Below are positions 39,001 to 51,751 of a stretch of 64,000 nt of DNA, piece after piece. Location: the NCBI GenBank assembly GCA_002633005.1, contig NMRA01000038.1:581329-645328 (forward strand). The letters are read 5' to 3'. Within the stretch, counting starts at the first letter, position 1. The number at the start of each line of letters is the position of its first letter. The notes under the pieces were generated by a model, which saw only the letters and a list, made by a program, of their open reading frames with translations, made no database searches and was not told where the DNA came from. Position numbers and translations under genes: made by a program. This DNA comes from Phoronis australis (lineage: Eukaryota > Animalia > Phoronida).

Positions 39001-42000
39001 GCCCGAGAGAAAGGTTGAGAGGATCAACTTCAATTACAAGGACCTACCATCTGTGCCTGGCGTATGAAAGACAGGATGTCGTTCTTCAGTTCCGTGTGCA
39101 CTTTGCTGGGTCCCTTCTCGTCCCAGAGGCAGACTGAATGCACGGCCCTAGAATCAATGATACAGGAAATCGTGAACTTCCATAATAAACTGTGGTCAAC
39201 ACTGGTCAGTCTGGCGTAAAATGCTAATTAAATATATCAGATTTTTCTGCAAACAAGGCCAGCAGAATGACAGTCTAGCAGGCAAAAGGAATTTTTTTCT
39301 AAAATATGTTCAATGCACAGATTTTGAAAAACAAATGAACCCCAATTCTTCACCCAGTGTCTCAAGAAATGCAAACCAAAACCTTAAGGAAATATAATTT
39401 TCAATTGTCAATTCGTTACACAATAATCTTTAGCAAAGATATGATTCCAGTTATGGAAATTGTATGTCCTGGCAACTTCCCATTTGAATGCCAGATACAG
39501 AACTGATACATTGGGTGCATATTCAGCAACGTCCAGGCATACATTAGGGCATGACTTTTGATAAAAAATGCCATATGTCGCACACTTGTTTGCAGGAAAA
39601 CCCCAGAATCACCTAAGGGGCAAAGCAACAAAAGAGCAGTGATTGAAAATTCCCAGCACTTTATCCATTGTAATGCATGATTATGTAAAGAGAAATAGAG
39701 AGGGGAAAGGGAGCTACAAAAGACGAAACACAAAAATTAAAATCATTTCACATTTTTACTTCTTAACCAAGAGGCCACGGTGAAAAAGACTAAGTAAGTC
39801 CATTATTTATTTATGAAACACATGAATGTTCACTAAAACAGACAGCAGGAGGTCTACAAACTAGCAGACGGATCAGTCCAAAACTCAACATGAGTCATTC
39901 TCCTCTTAATTGAACATATCTCGTAAGAATTTTCGTTAAAATCTGTCCGTGGGTTCAGAAGATATAGAAACAGACGCTGAACAGACGGATGGAAATGACA
40001 AGTAACTGGGGTGCAAAGTCAACTTTTAGAAGACAACAATACTACAAGTTCTACACCGGCAAGGAAATCACACTATATTTTATACTAAATCGTTTACCAA
40101 AATAAGTCTTGCCACTCTTGCCGTGTGACTGGCTCTTGTCGAAGTAATTTGAGAACTGTCGGTCGCATGGAGGGCCATTTTTCTTCAAAGTGCAGCTGGC
40201 CAGAGGCCTAAAACATAACAATAACCCATTAAATTGTTAAACGTATAACACTATAGTTAAACATTCACTGACATTATTACCATGTTCAAAGTTCATATCA
40301 AGATCACAAACCATTGTATGTGTTCAGTTTCTAAGTACGAGGCATTGAAATTTAGCATGCTATGGTGTGGTCAAGCAATTTTTTGAAACATGCATTTCAC
40401 TGTCAAGCCCAAACAAAAAACAGATGAATTGTAAAATGGGCCATTCCATTCTATGACCTAATGAAGCAGACTGAAATGTCACGAGATCACAAACCCATTG
40501 GACTTTTACTTAGAGACATGACAAGTGTTTTTAGGGACGCTTCATCGGTGCGAGATCAGTAGTGTAATCCAACAGGGGGCCCTTCAATTCACAATCCATT
40601 CCACAAATCCAAATTAAAAATCAAATCCTATTACCATAGGCTGCTGGTAGACACAGGATTCAAACTGAAGCATCACATTTAAGTTCAAATCCTATTATCA
40701 TAGGCTGCTGGTAGACGCAGGATTCAAACTGAAGCATCACATTTAAGTTCAAATCAAAGCTCATTGTACCGTAGTGCCATTGTCTAGCTCCAGGAGACCA
40801 GTCACCCTTTCTAGAGTAGGGTAGTGTAGCTGGGCTTCCAAATGTGGAGCAATATTTGTATACCCTGGCGAAAACGGGAGAAAATATGACCCTTTTTTTT
40901 TCCAAGAGCGACAACTGTAACCCACATCTATACATTAAAAGAGGTTTAAAGAGGAATGCAATGAAACATTTAGTAACTAGATGAAGAATCCTGGTTATCT
41001 CTGCTGTGTATTTACTATCCGCAAAATAATAGAAAGTGATGTAATAGACCCAGCAAAAGGCCTGCATCTTGGTTATCGCACTCACTTCCATTGAGCAAAT
41101 ACAATGTCCTACTTCGTACCTATTAATCACTTTGTGTCCCATCACTGGAATTTGTTCATTGAAAGTGAATCTATAAACAAGATGGGACCTTTTCCTGGAT
41201 CACTCATATCACTTTCTATTATTCCAGACAAAAATCACACTAAGGGAAAAAGTAATTCGCATAGAAAAATTATTTTTACAAAAACTAACATCAAAAAGGT
41301 TGCTTGGCCCATTTTTATATTTCATCTGGAAGAAATCTTAAGACTTTATTGGTTCCTAGCTGCAGTCACTGGATTAGCCAAATTTTCAGAATAACATCAC
41401 ATACTATTAATACTGTTCAAAAAATTATACCCTCTTAATCTGAACTGACACCCCAAAGCAATACTGATATGGTGAAAAAGAGACCATACCAAAAAATCGA
41501 AAAAAGCACCCCATCTCAGTGCTCACTTCTGTCTGTCTGTCCTTGACAGTGTAGTAATGACTGAAAGCACTGCTGATTATCATAAACCTGCTATATTTCC
41601 AGTGGCATTCCATCACATAATAACTTAATTTAGACCACTTAAAAGTTATAAAATTAGTCGCTGAAGCTTCGGTACATAGTCTGTCTAAAAAAGTACGAGG
41701 TTTTCCTTGTATCCATAGTCCCTGTTTACAAATCACTGTAATACATTTAACTTACGTTTTTAAATAATCTTGCACTGTATTTTATTTCACTGAACATGTA
41801 CTGTTTTTCTGTTGTTAGCATTCTTGTTCTTCTTAATTGTTACCATCTATTTAATTTATTGTTACTCGATGGTCATCTATTAGCGGCCCATGCCTTTGCT
41901 GGCCACCTAGTCATATAACAACATATGTTTTTGTATGATTTGAAAAAATAAATTTGATTCCCTCTCTTACAAAAAACGCCCAGTGGTGGATCTAGGATAT

Positions 42001-43829
42001 CACAAGGGAGGGCCAACATTTTGTCTGTAAACATTTGCTCAAAGCACGATTGTATATGCGCTTAGCACTTAATGGGGGGAGGTTTGCCCCCCTCCCGCCC
42101 AGGAAATTTTCGTTTTTTTCCTCTAAAAATCAAACACTTTCCTTGATTCCCGCAGTATTATCCAAGAAAAAAGGCAGTAGAAAAAAAAAAAAAAAAAACG
42201 GAGAAAGTGCCACACAGGAAAAACTGCAAATATCACAGACTCGAACTCACGACCTGGTGGATAGAGCGCGCGGGCTTTGCCACTGCACCACCACGATTTA
42301 ACTCCTAATTTTATACTAAGAGACCTACTTATTTATGGTCCACAGCATTTGCGCGCAAAAACTCCTTCTTTTTGTAATGCTTATTACACGTTTTATATTT
42401 TGTGCAATCAGTTCGTAACAAATTTGTTGTATTAAAAATAGTCTTTAATTGCCCAAAAGACCAAATCCGTTTTTTGTGTTGGCAATAATGACGCGATTGC
42501 TTTGGAAATTGGTTTGACAAAGAGAGAATTATGAGTTTCTGAGTGATTCACTAAGGCTTCGATTAAAATTGACATCTTACCAGAAGCTTCTGTTTTTTCA
42601 TCATCAATCAGATTCCATTTTCTTTAAAAAATGAAGTAATTTTCTTCATTGCACAGTGGAGCATACGACGGAAACAGAGTCGTAGTGCGCAGCGCCACTG
42701 CCGGTCGCCTGGGATATTGCGGAGAGCCTATACTTAGCCATAGTTCCGTTAAGATTGCGCCGTGTTCCGAATTTGACACTTGAAATTGGATTTGAGCCCC
42801 CTCCAAACATTTAAAACTGCACACATTTAAATCTTGTTTCAGCCGTATATTTTAATTACCGGGGTTAATTAATAAACTCAACATTTCCCGACGCTCTTGC
42901 TATTTTACTTTTTGCGGCAGCCAAAGGGGGGGGGGGCCTCCAGCCTATAGTAAACATTAACAAATCATACAACTGAGTACAATGTGACACTTGAATTTGT
43001 TGTGAAATAAACAGTAAATCAGTTCATTAAACATTGGCATCAAAAATATTATTGCTACTAAACACACTACCTGGCCAAGATCCCATAAAACAAGCCATTG
43101 CTTGAATACCGTAGAACAAAGCCTACATTACATATCATTGTACAGGTAGACCACCTGCCATACACACAGTCCTTGCCAATACTAGAACAAGGAAACTTCA
43201 TTCACAGGGTTTTAAAAGCCATTCACAACTCACATTGCAAGATCTGAGCAAAATCAATTTCCTGAAAAATGAAATTCACAAAATGGGCTTAAAGAAAAGA
43301 AGAGTGAATGCATTTTCGAACAGCAGAATAATGCTTTTCACTTCAAATGCAGGTTAACAAAGAACCCCAGACGTTAACAGTCACTGACAGAGGATTAGGA
43401 ATCACAATGACTGAATGACTGACACAATGGCCAATGCAATGCCAATGAAAGGCAATGATACACAGCAGTCTACACCATTAACAAATTTGTCTACGTGAGA
43501 GTACAAAAATGGAATACAACAGAGGAAACAGGATTTCTGCCCTCAGCAAATACAGTTTACTTGTGCCAGCATTCCCTGCAGTGAAACCTAGATATGCTGT
43601 GTTGTTTTTAATTGCCGAGTCGAAAAACTCCAAAGAGGTCAACGCCGCTGACAAAGATACGAAAATTTTCTTTGGTTCCTTACAGATTGTGGATTTCTGA
43701 CCGAATAGACATACTACGTACTAGAACTCTGAGCTTTTAATAAACTATAGATTTTTTTAATACAAGCATTTTGGCTACAAGGACAAAAATGCAAGAAATA
43801 TTTACCTTTAACATGCCACTGGTCGACAT
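24094..43829 (-). CDS. CUL5: Cullin-5, 18 coding exons, 781 aa
   Basis: Exons 43829-43806, 40207-40098, 39147-39048, 37481-37299, 36792-36651, 35863-35637, 34743-34650, 33524-33394, 32663-32556, 32022-31958, 31592-31460, 30781-30650, 29970-29847, 28521-28349, 27180-27019, 26358-26240, 25400-25277, 24288-24094 (2346 nt, all GT-AG, phases consistent). Diagnostic peptides: PESKCPELLANYCDLLLRKTPLSKKLTS, KDVFMRYHKAHLTRRLIL, HSGRKLQWHHLMSNG, neddylation motif VKIMKMRK, C-terminus FIYMA. Confidence 0.98.
25005..25300 (-). repeat. 30-bp minisatellite (~10 units) built from the CUL5 exon-17 3' end and donor site
   Basis: Minus-strand unit ~AACACTGCGGGTACTCAGGGTTCAG|GTAAG. The first unit is the real exon end (…LRVLRVQ|GTAGGA). 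Confidence 0.92.
29001..29140. repeat. Minisatellite, 34-bp unit x4
   Basis: AGGTAGTCTCTTACCCACACTAGAAGTTATGTCA in tandem, in CUL5 intron 13. Confidence 0.93.
30473..30670 (-). repeat. 66-bp unit x3 spanning the CUL5 exon-12 donor
   Basis: CTCACCCTCAGC (minus strand GCTGAGG|GTGAG) recurs at 30513, 30579 and 30645. Confidence 0.93.
33588..34075. mobile_element. MITE with 13-bp TIRs and 6-bp TSD (hAT6-like)
   Basis: CAGGGCTTGGAAT ... ATTCCAAGCCCTG flanked by perfect AAAGAT on both sides; subterminal CGCGGA repeats. Confidence 0.88.
42236..42296 (-). other. tRNA-derived Pol III promoter-like head (possible SINE fragment)
   Basis: Minus strand GTGGTGGTGCAGTGGCAAAG...GTCGTGAGTTCGAGTCTG (A-box and B-box), followed downstream by a long T-run at ~42198-42181. 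Confidence 0.5.
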
Positions 43830-43876
43830 AACTCTTGAACTCTCGTACAATCTCGCACACCGACGAGTGTTAAAAC

Positions 43877-46800
43877 ATGGCGAACGATTCAGAGATCTCG
43901 GCACATTCTGGCATCCCAAAAGCAAGATTTGTTGTAAGAGACTTGTTTCATGCCATAAGTGTGATTGCCGTTGTAATTATACGATCTCTGTGATTACTAT
44001 GGTCTCACTCTTTCGAGGGTTCTGTTGCAAGTTAAAAGGAAACGTGGTTATTGTTAACCCCTAAACTGCTAAAATCGGCATGACTCAGTCAGTGTACTTG
44101 ACTTGTAATGTGGGAGGTGCCACATTCTAATCCATCCTGTTACGTCAGAAGTTCTTTTTTGTAAATGACGCTGACTAAAATATCAAAGTTGCATTATCAT
44201 GTGTAACTTTTGAATGTAGATGGACACCTTTGGAGCCATTGGAGTCTTTAGCCATTGCATTGAATGTCGGGTACCGAATGTCGTATAGATGGGTCCCTCT
44301 TCAGAATGGCTGCCATGAACCAGTTTTCACTGAATAAAAGCCATTACCGTTATTCTGTGGAACTGGTTCCCGGCAGCTATTTTGAAGTGGGACTCGTCAA
44401 CTTCATTTTTACCAATGAGCCTGTCTTCTAAAGGCTGATGAAAACCAGTTACAGTGAATAACGGAAATGGCCATTCTTTAGTAAAAACTGGTTCCTGGCG
44501 GCCATTTTGAAGAGGGACCTGTCTATTTGACTTTTACCGCATCTTAATCAGTCTAGCATGAACAAATACTCCCGTGATTAATTTTTTCTGAATAGTCCTT
44601 TATCATGTCAACGGAATTGTGAACTAGCCATTGTTGCAGTGCTCGCATCAATGCGTATGTATGGTTGCGAGAGTGTTTGAGACGGACTGATTAATGACTC
44701 CAACTGCCTCCAAAGGTGTCCGTCTATGCTCAAAAGGTACACACTAACATGACTTCGATGGTTATCCCAGTGTGGGATAATTTTCTGAAACGCTTAATCC
44801 CTTGTAATAGAAGTGGAGTGACACCTTCTTTTGAGCCAGTCTTGCTGGCACCAGTCTGATATGGTAGCATTGTCTGTTTTGTTTAACTGCTTCATGTTCA
44901 TAATTTGAGAAATTTGCAGTACTGGTCATCACAAATTCAAGGGCACTGGCAACAGCTTTTACTGATATGTAAATGACCAGCATTACTTTATATAAAGTTT
45001 CAACTTTATTTTCAGACCCTTTTAAGCAAAAACGCACTGGAACATAACTTGCGTGATGATACATGTAAAAATCCCCCATATCCCAAATTTCAGAATCATA
45101 AAATTCAATTTTAGCCTGGATTTAGATGTCTCAAAATCTAGAGATTGTCCCTAACTGAGTATTTTACCTTGAGTTCCGCACTTTGTTTATTGCTTTTCTA
45201 CACCATGATGAATAATGATAACGTTTCTTATAAGATGACTATCACTCGAACACAGTTGAATATATGAGGAGTCTCGAATCTGGAACACTACATACTAGCA
45301 TATATCATTTGTGTGCTTAGAATTGTTTGAACACATTTTTGCAGGAAGATGTTGAAGCGTTTATGAAAGAGCCAGACCAGAACTCTGACGCTGAGTCTGT
45401 TCTACAGAGATTTGATGAACAACATGGGAAATATAAATTTATGGAAGCTAACTTAACAACAAAAAGAAATAGGTAATGAATGATATTGAAAACCAGCTAT
45501 TGCATAGTGTATGTACATGATGTCTTTTGCCTTAATATTCTTGATTTGCAAGTAGAGACACATTTTATTAGTAATCGTTGTTACTTTATAAGAAAAAATA
45601 TTCTGTCATTTCTATTGAAATGTTGTTTAAAAATTGACTTATATTAGACAAAATGCTAACAAGGCAATTTAAATACAGCTGAAAAGACTCAGTTAAAACT
45701 TGTATGGAGCAGCCAATATATCCAAAGGTAAAAACACAACGGGTAAATTTCAGTGCGGTAAAGTTTTCTTAAATTTGAACAAAAACAATTGCCAATCGTC
45801 ATTTTCCAACTTTCAAAAGCTAACTATTGCTAAAAGTGCTCAAATTTCATTGTGTGTTTGTTGTTAACAGTTGAAAACTATAAACTTTGGGAGTGATGAT
45901 GTAGTAAGTTTTTTTCGTGTTTATTTTTGTTGAAATTTTTGATAAAATATTTTTCACTGTTCTGTCATATTGTATTCTAGATTGAAGAAACTTTACTGTG
46001 ACATTACGTAACGAAAAGGCAATCATTTTGATCATTCTTTTTGCAGGTTAAAGTCGCAAATTCCGGACATAAAGACAAGTTTAGACATCGTCAAACATAT
46101 GATTTCCAAAAAGGTTGGTGTCTTATTTGTCGTGATTTCTGGTCAAATGTAGAATTGGAAGTGGAGTGAGAAAATTATGTGCCTGAGGTCGGTACAGGTT
46201 TGAAAAGTTGTGGTTACCGAGAGCACAAAATCATGTGCCTGAGGTCGTTACAGGTTTGAAAAGTTGTGGTTACCGAGAGCACACAATCATGTGCCTGAGG
46301 TCGTTACAGGGTTGAAAAGTTGTGGTTACCGAGAGCACAAAATCATGTGCCTAACGTCGTTACAGGGTTGAAAAGTTGTGGTTACCGAGAGCACAAAACG
46401 AAATGCGTGATTTCAGATCTTTACCTGTTTCATCTACCAACAAGGGCTATCCAAGAGAACAAGTTTATTTCTTGTTTTAAGATCTGGAAGGCATTGATTT
46501 CAAAAGCTGCTTCAACAATTTTCTGCAGCATGCTTGTATTGTAAACATTGCATTCGTAACAATGAAATTGCGCCACTGTTGGAAAAAAAACATGTTCAAG
46601 TTTGAGCTCTGGAGTGGTAAGGAGGTAATTTTGAATATGACATTTTCAACGCTTAAATTACTCAACTGTTTTTGTGATTTTTTGTCTCTTCTTTAGCTTT
46701 TACATGAAAGTCACAAAAGTCCTATTTCTTGATAACCCCTCGTGCATTAGTGGAACATTTTAGAAACAATTTCTAACTTCATTTTCGTGAACAGTATATA

Positions 46801-49451
46801 AAACATAGTATCTGAAATTTCATATGAATCCGATCAGCTGTTTCTGAAATGAGATGTTTTTTCTTTGATCCTACCCATAGGGTCTATTCTGTGTTACAGC
46901 TTACTCAAGCTATAGATGTTTGAGCAAAACTTAGTTGTGCCAATGCGCCACCAGAGTTTCATGCGTCAATGGCGCGACATGCATTCCAGAAGTGGTCCTT
47001 GTTGTACATCGTGAATCATACCAGCACTAAAAGCACGTAACATGTAGGATCTCACCTAGCACTTTTATGTAGTGTGGGAAGTGAGCCTATAATTTATTCA
47101 TGCACACTTGAAATGTTGTCGGGTTGTGGAAATTGTGCGCCCTTGGTCCCCGTTCAATGTGACGTACTATGTCTTTGAGACTGTGATATGATCACAGTGC
47201 ACCTTGTATTAATTATGCTAATCGAGATCTCTATTGCTAATTGTTATTGTCACTCAATCTACTGTCTATGTATGCATTGTTGTGGTTTTTGTGTTGATCT
47301 GTAGTCGGATCTACAAAAATGTATAAATCACTGCTCTTCTTCAAGGAGTCTAGTGACCCTATCAACACCCAGTTCCTGATGTCCAGCCAGCTGTACGCCA
47401 AAGCTAGAATACCACCTACAGATAAAGTAGGCCTGTGGCTAGGGGTGAGTCTGCGGGTAGCCGGCGGAGAGGGTTACAGAACAACAGGAGCCTTGTGTAG
47501 CTCGTCTTGCTAAAGTTGTTGGATCATACTGATGTTGTGCGATAGTCACACGTAACCAGCGAATAAATTTGAACTTTGGTGCAATAATGCTGAAGGCAAG
47601 CAGAATTCCTGTTCATATTTGTTGCGACAGGGAAACCAAATTTTATGAGATTGTTTTTGATGCGCGCTTTGTTATTGGAATTTTTGCGGCTGAATCTATG
47701 GTATGGAATATTCGAATGTACGTGCACACATCTACATGCAAAATGTAATTTTGTCAGATCATTTTCACCTGTACTGAGTAACGTTGTGGAGTGTGCGTCC
47801 AAGGCCTTGTATGTTTTTCTTGTACCTCTCCACAGGCGAACGTGATGTTAGAGTATAGTCTGGACGAAGCGGATTCATTGCTCACTAAGAACTTGGATGC
47901 GGCAACATCGACTCTAGCTCAGGTCGACTCGGATCTCAACTGGTTACGTGACCAGACCACTACTATGGAAGTTAGTATCCTTTTCAGTCAGCTCAGCGTG
48001 ATGCTGTTTTGTAAGTGCAGTAGGATAGTCTTGTTTGAGCGCCTTATGGCGTCCAACATGCATATTTATTCACTTAAACCTATTACATCAAGATTTGAGA
48101 TTATCTTTTCTATCTCTTCTTTTAGGTGGTTATGTAGTAAATTCATTTCTAAAATCTATTGGTCTATTAACACCAATCTCTAGCCTATTTACATACAAAA
48201 CGATGTTTCGGTCGGTCATTTCTCCGACCATCTTCAGGTTTTGCAGCATTCTTAGAAGAACTAGCACGGCTGTATGGTGGTCAATGGTGAACCTTTTTTT
48301 TGCCTCGACCAAAACATCATGCCAATGTAAAAAGGATAGAGGTTTGTGTAAATAGACCAATAGACTTTAGAAATGATTGTTTTTACTCCCAGGTTCATAT
48401 AGTTTGGCATGTCAAGTATCCTATCGTTTGCATTTACAACAGTGTGGTAAGACTCTGAAAAATAGAAGTATGACAATTTTGAGCAATTATTTTTGTCTCA
48501 AATTGAATTTTTACCGTAGGTATTTTAAAATCAGTCTCGTAACATTCCTTACCGTAATAGGATTCTGTTTCCGTTAACCAACTCAATTCAAAGAATGAAA
48601 TCAGTTTTGTTGTGTGGTAGTGTATGTAAGATGTTGAATGAAATTCCTGCATCTCAGTTTATATCCAAACTATTAATCTGATACACAGACTGGCTTGAAA
48701 AGCAGGTGAAAGAAAGTGTCATTGACATGCACTCTTCTGATATTCACTTCTGACTGGCCTGTTCACAAAATTGGAGAAAATCTTCAGTTTTGTGACTGCT
48801 TATTTACAATCATGGTACATTTCTCTAACAGTAAATTGTCCCATGTCACAAGTGCTTGCCACTCCTCCCCCCAAACTCAACATTCCTGGATCCGCCCCTG
48901 CTTATCTTTAATGGTCAAATAGACTTAAAACTACTATAAACCATGTACTGTCAAAAAAACGCAACTTTTGATTTACAATACTACTGATCGGAATAATGCT
49001 AGTCTCGACTTGTTCCTTACTTAAATGAGAAGTGTTTTCTGGGCTTTGAAACAAGTGACGGTTGTTGCTTGAGACGCTGCTTGACACATAAAATTGCTCG
49101 TCGTGACATGCCTACTTGTTGAAGGTAATTCACGAGCAATAACAAACTCAGTTCTTTCCCAACCCACAAATATCTAATTTGAGTCGGGAAGAAGCCGAAA
49201 CGAAATTCAAATACTTTAACTGGTCCAATTCGAAATTCAATTTTGGAAGGTCGGATGTATAGGAGCTTGAAGTATTTATAGGTGTTTACAAGTTGGTGTA
49301 ACGTAAGGATCTGAGATCCCTCACAAAATTTCTGTGTATGTATGTATGTATGTAGATATCTCTTAACCACCACTCAGATATGGCTAGAGTATACAACTGG
49401 GATGTGAAGAGAAGGCAGGCTAGTAAGGGTGCAGCGACGACTAGTGGTTGA
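43877..49451 (+). CDS. VBP1: Prefoldin subunit 3 / VHL-binding protein 1, 6 exons, 187 aa
   Basis: Exons 43877-43933, 45345-45472, 46047-46113, 47346-47444, 47836-47974, 49378-49451. Protein: MANDSEISAHSGIPKARFV|EDVEAFMKEP...KYKFMEANL...LKSQIPDIK...IPPTDKVGLWLG|ANVMLEYSLDEA...LRDQTTTMEV|NMARVYNWDVKRR...; these are PFDN3 signature peptides. AATAAA at ~49935. Confidence 0.97.
44285..44526. mobile_element. Hairpin-type MITE with ~85-bp imperfect terminal inverted repeats
   Basis: TAGATGGGTCCCTCTTCAGAATGGCTGCC...GAACCAGTTTT pairs with AAAACTGGTTC...GGCGGCCATTTTGAAGAGGGACCTGTCTA. Confidence 0.75.
46177..46398. repeat. Minisatellite, 56-bp unit x4
   Basis: ATGTGCCTGAGGTCGTTACAGG(T/G)TTGAAAAGTTGTGGTTACCGAGAGCACAAAATC in tandem, in VBP1 intron 3. 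Confidence 0.93.
47975..49377 (+). other. VBP1: U12-type (minor spliceosome) GT-AG intron, VBP1 intron 5
   Basis: 5' splice site |GTATCCTTT; branch site TCTCTTAAC ~10 nt before CAG| with no polypyrimidine tract. Splicing restores the conserved EV-N-MARVYNW. Confidence 0.92.
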
Positions 49452-51751
49452 CGAATAGTCGCTGTTAATTCATTGACTCGAGATGGGTAGCCTTTTGTAA
49501 ATGCAAACCTAAGATTGAGCAAAAATTTTCTTTTTATGCTTGATCACTAAGTTGCCAGGATTGCACGACCCAGTTGGCACTGAGTTCTGAAACAATCTTG
49601 CTGATTGTGCGTGACGTTTAGACTTTAACTGCGTTGACCTCATTTTTGTAAAAAAATGCTTCTGAGCATTCACAGTGGCCGATTTCCTAGTGATGTCAAG
49701 GTATATGTACACGTGATTAGTGTCCATTATTGCTTTTGGCAGTCCACAGCAGGGAGTTTCCATACACAGCAACACAGATGAAACAGGAGTCGTCCATAGT
49801 GAACTGCTACTCTCAATCATTAGACAAAAATCTGTAGTGTGTAGGATTTTTATTAAATGAAATTTATTTTCATCTGTGATAAGTTCTCCATTACAGTAGT
49901 GGTTGTAGAAGATGTTTGTGCCGTTTACTTGAATAATAAAACGTTTTTGTACAGACGTGTTTTTGTATACATCAAATATGTGAATATTACAGTATCACAG
50001 TGTAAAGCCGTGTACTGAGGTGCTTATCCTTTATTTACTATGAATGTGTGAATTAAGAAAGGTAGTATTCCTTGACACAACTCGAGTAATAAACTATCAG
50101 TTCTTTCGAGGCCAAGGAATCGCCTCTAAGTTGACTAAGGAGCAATTGGAGACCAATTTCTAAGCCGTGGTAAGTAGTTCATATAAAGTTTTGTTGTTAT
50201 GGAAGGGGATTTGTACCTGCTTTAACCCTGATTTCACACAGCCACGCATTTGAAAATTTCTTCAAATGTTTTTAATGTTCTATTTTCTCTAAACAAGCAT
50301 ACAAGGCCAAATGTCCAAGCACAGCTATCAGACTAGTGCGATTCTGTAGGTTCAACGCCACCTATTGGTGAGTGGAGTAAGTTAGGTCTGAGTGAGTTAT
50401 TGATGAGCTTACACAATGCCACAAAGCAAGATGGGCGACATCAAAGCAAACTGTCATGTTCACAGTAAAGGTGTACATAATATCAACACTTGATTGTATT
50501 TCTGTTAAGGTTTACGACCTCTTGCATAATTTTCAAAAAACGCCCAATCGAGCAAATCCAAAAAAATTTCGAGCAAGAGTAATACCCTTGACACATGCGA
50601 TTATTTAGTTTTGACAAAAGGCTTTTGATGGGGTAAATGTGCTCGACATTTCAGATGACCCTCACAGAAAAATCTGGTTGGAAATATTCAACTTTTTACA
50701 TCTGGATGCTGCAGGGGATGGAAATTCTATTTCTGAACAGGAGTCCTTGTGGGGCATCTGGTCCTTTGGTGTAGGGTCTGGTCAATGGGTTTGGAGCACT
50801 TTCTGGCATATGTGGAGTGTAGGAGCCTTGAATTTTGCGTTAGCAAATCCCCGGGACTAGGGTTTAGGGAATCGTAACAGAAATTTAGAGATGTGGCTTA
50901 GATTCATTTCCATCCTGAGGTGTTGTCTACATCTAACTTATTAAACTTGATTTGAAAATATTTGAAACTCTTGATTAGTTTTGAAATCTGACATTTATGC
51001 CTATTCTCTGAAAGTTAAGTCACAAAATCCCCAATCATTTTTTTCTCATTTCTAAATAATGTCTAGGACGCTTGGAATTGCGTGGAACTCATTAAACGAT
51101 AAAAATTAAAATGTCACTTTAAACATTTTTACACAAAGCAAAACTAATACTGGAGTATGAAAAATAATTTACTGTATATTTCTGACTTGTTAAATACATT
51201 TGACAGGAACAAAAGTTACTAGAAATCCAGCAGCAGAAAATTTTGTAAATTAAACTTGTCAAGAGGTAAGGAGCACTGAAATGGTGTGCCAATGGGCATT
51301 GGGTATTTAACAAAAATTCAAGGACACTAAAGATATAGAATTAGCAAATGTAATTGCAAAACAATTCTTGTGCTGAGACCTGACTTTCCAAAATGAATTG
51401 GGTAAAGCAAAAACAAATTTAACTTCAGCGAATCGGATGACAACGATTTCTATACAAGGGGGATACCACAGTTGATGATCACGAAGTAGTCTTTTGAGTG
51501 CAGTTAAAACTTCTAAGACAATGTAAGAATTTAAAATTTACTCCTAAATAAAACTGCGATCTAATCCGAAATTTCACAGTAAAACTAGAGTTGCGGTTAA
51601 ATTCTTGTCCTACAGTCATCCGCTGCAGCTGTTGAGGGAGAATTTTTCACGCTGTAGCTTGCCAAATCCTCCGAGTTCACACAAAGTATGCGTCATAAAA
51701 CAAATATTTACAAACAAAGTTATCCAAATGTCTACAAGTATGTTGATGACA

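Noticed and set aside
40660-41145. 161-aa minus-strand ORF and other 60-130 aa ORFs in CUL5 introns and 55-58 kb
   Set aside because: No recognisable domains or coherent splice structure; consistent with chance ORFs or repeat-derived sequence.
48540-48640. Additional U12 acceptor inside VBP1 intron 5 (TTCCTTACC...TAG)
   Set aside because: The branch motif deviates from CCTTRAC and the resulting frames stop within a few codons.
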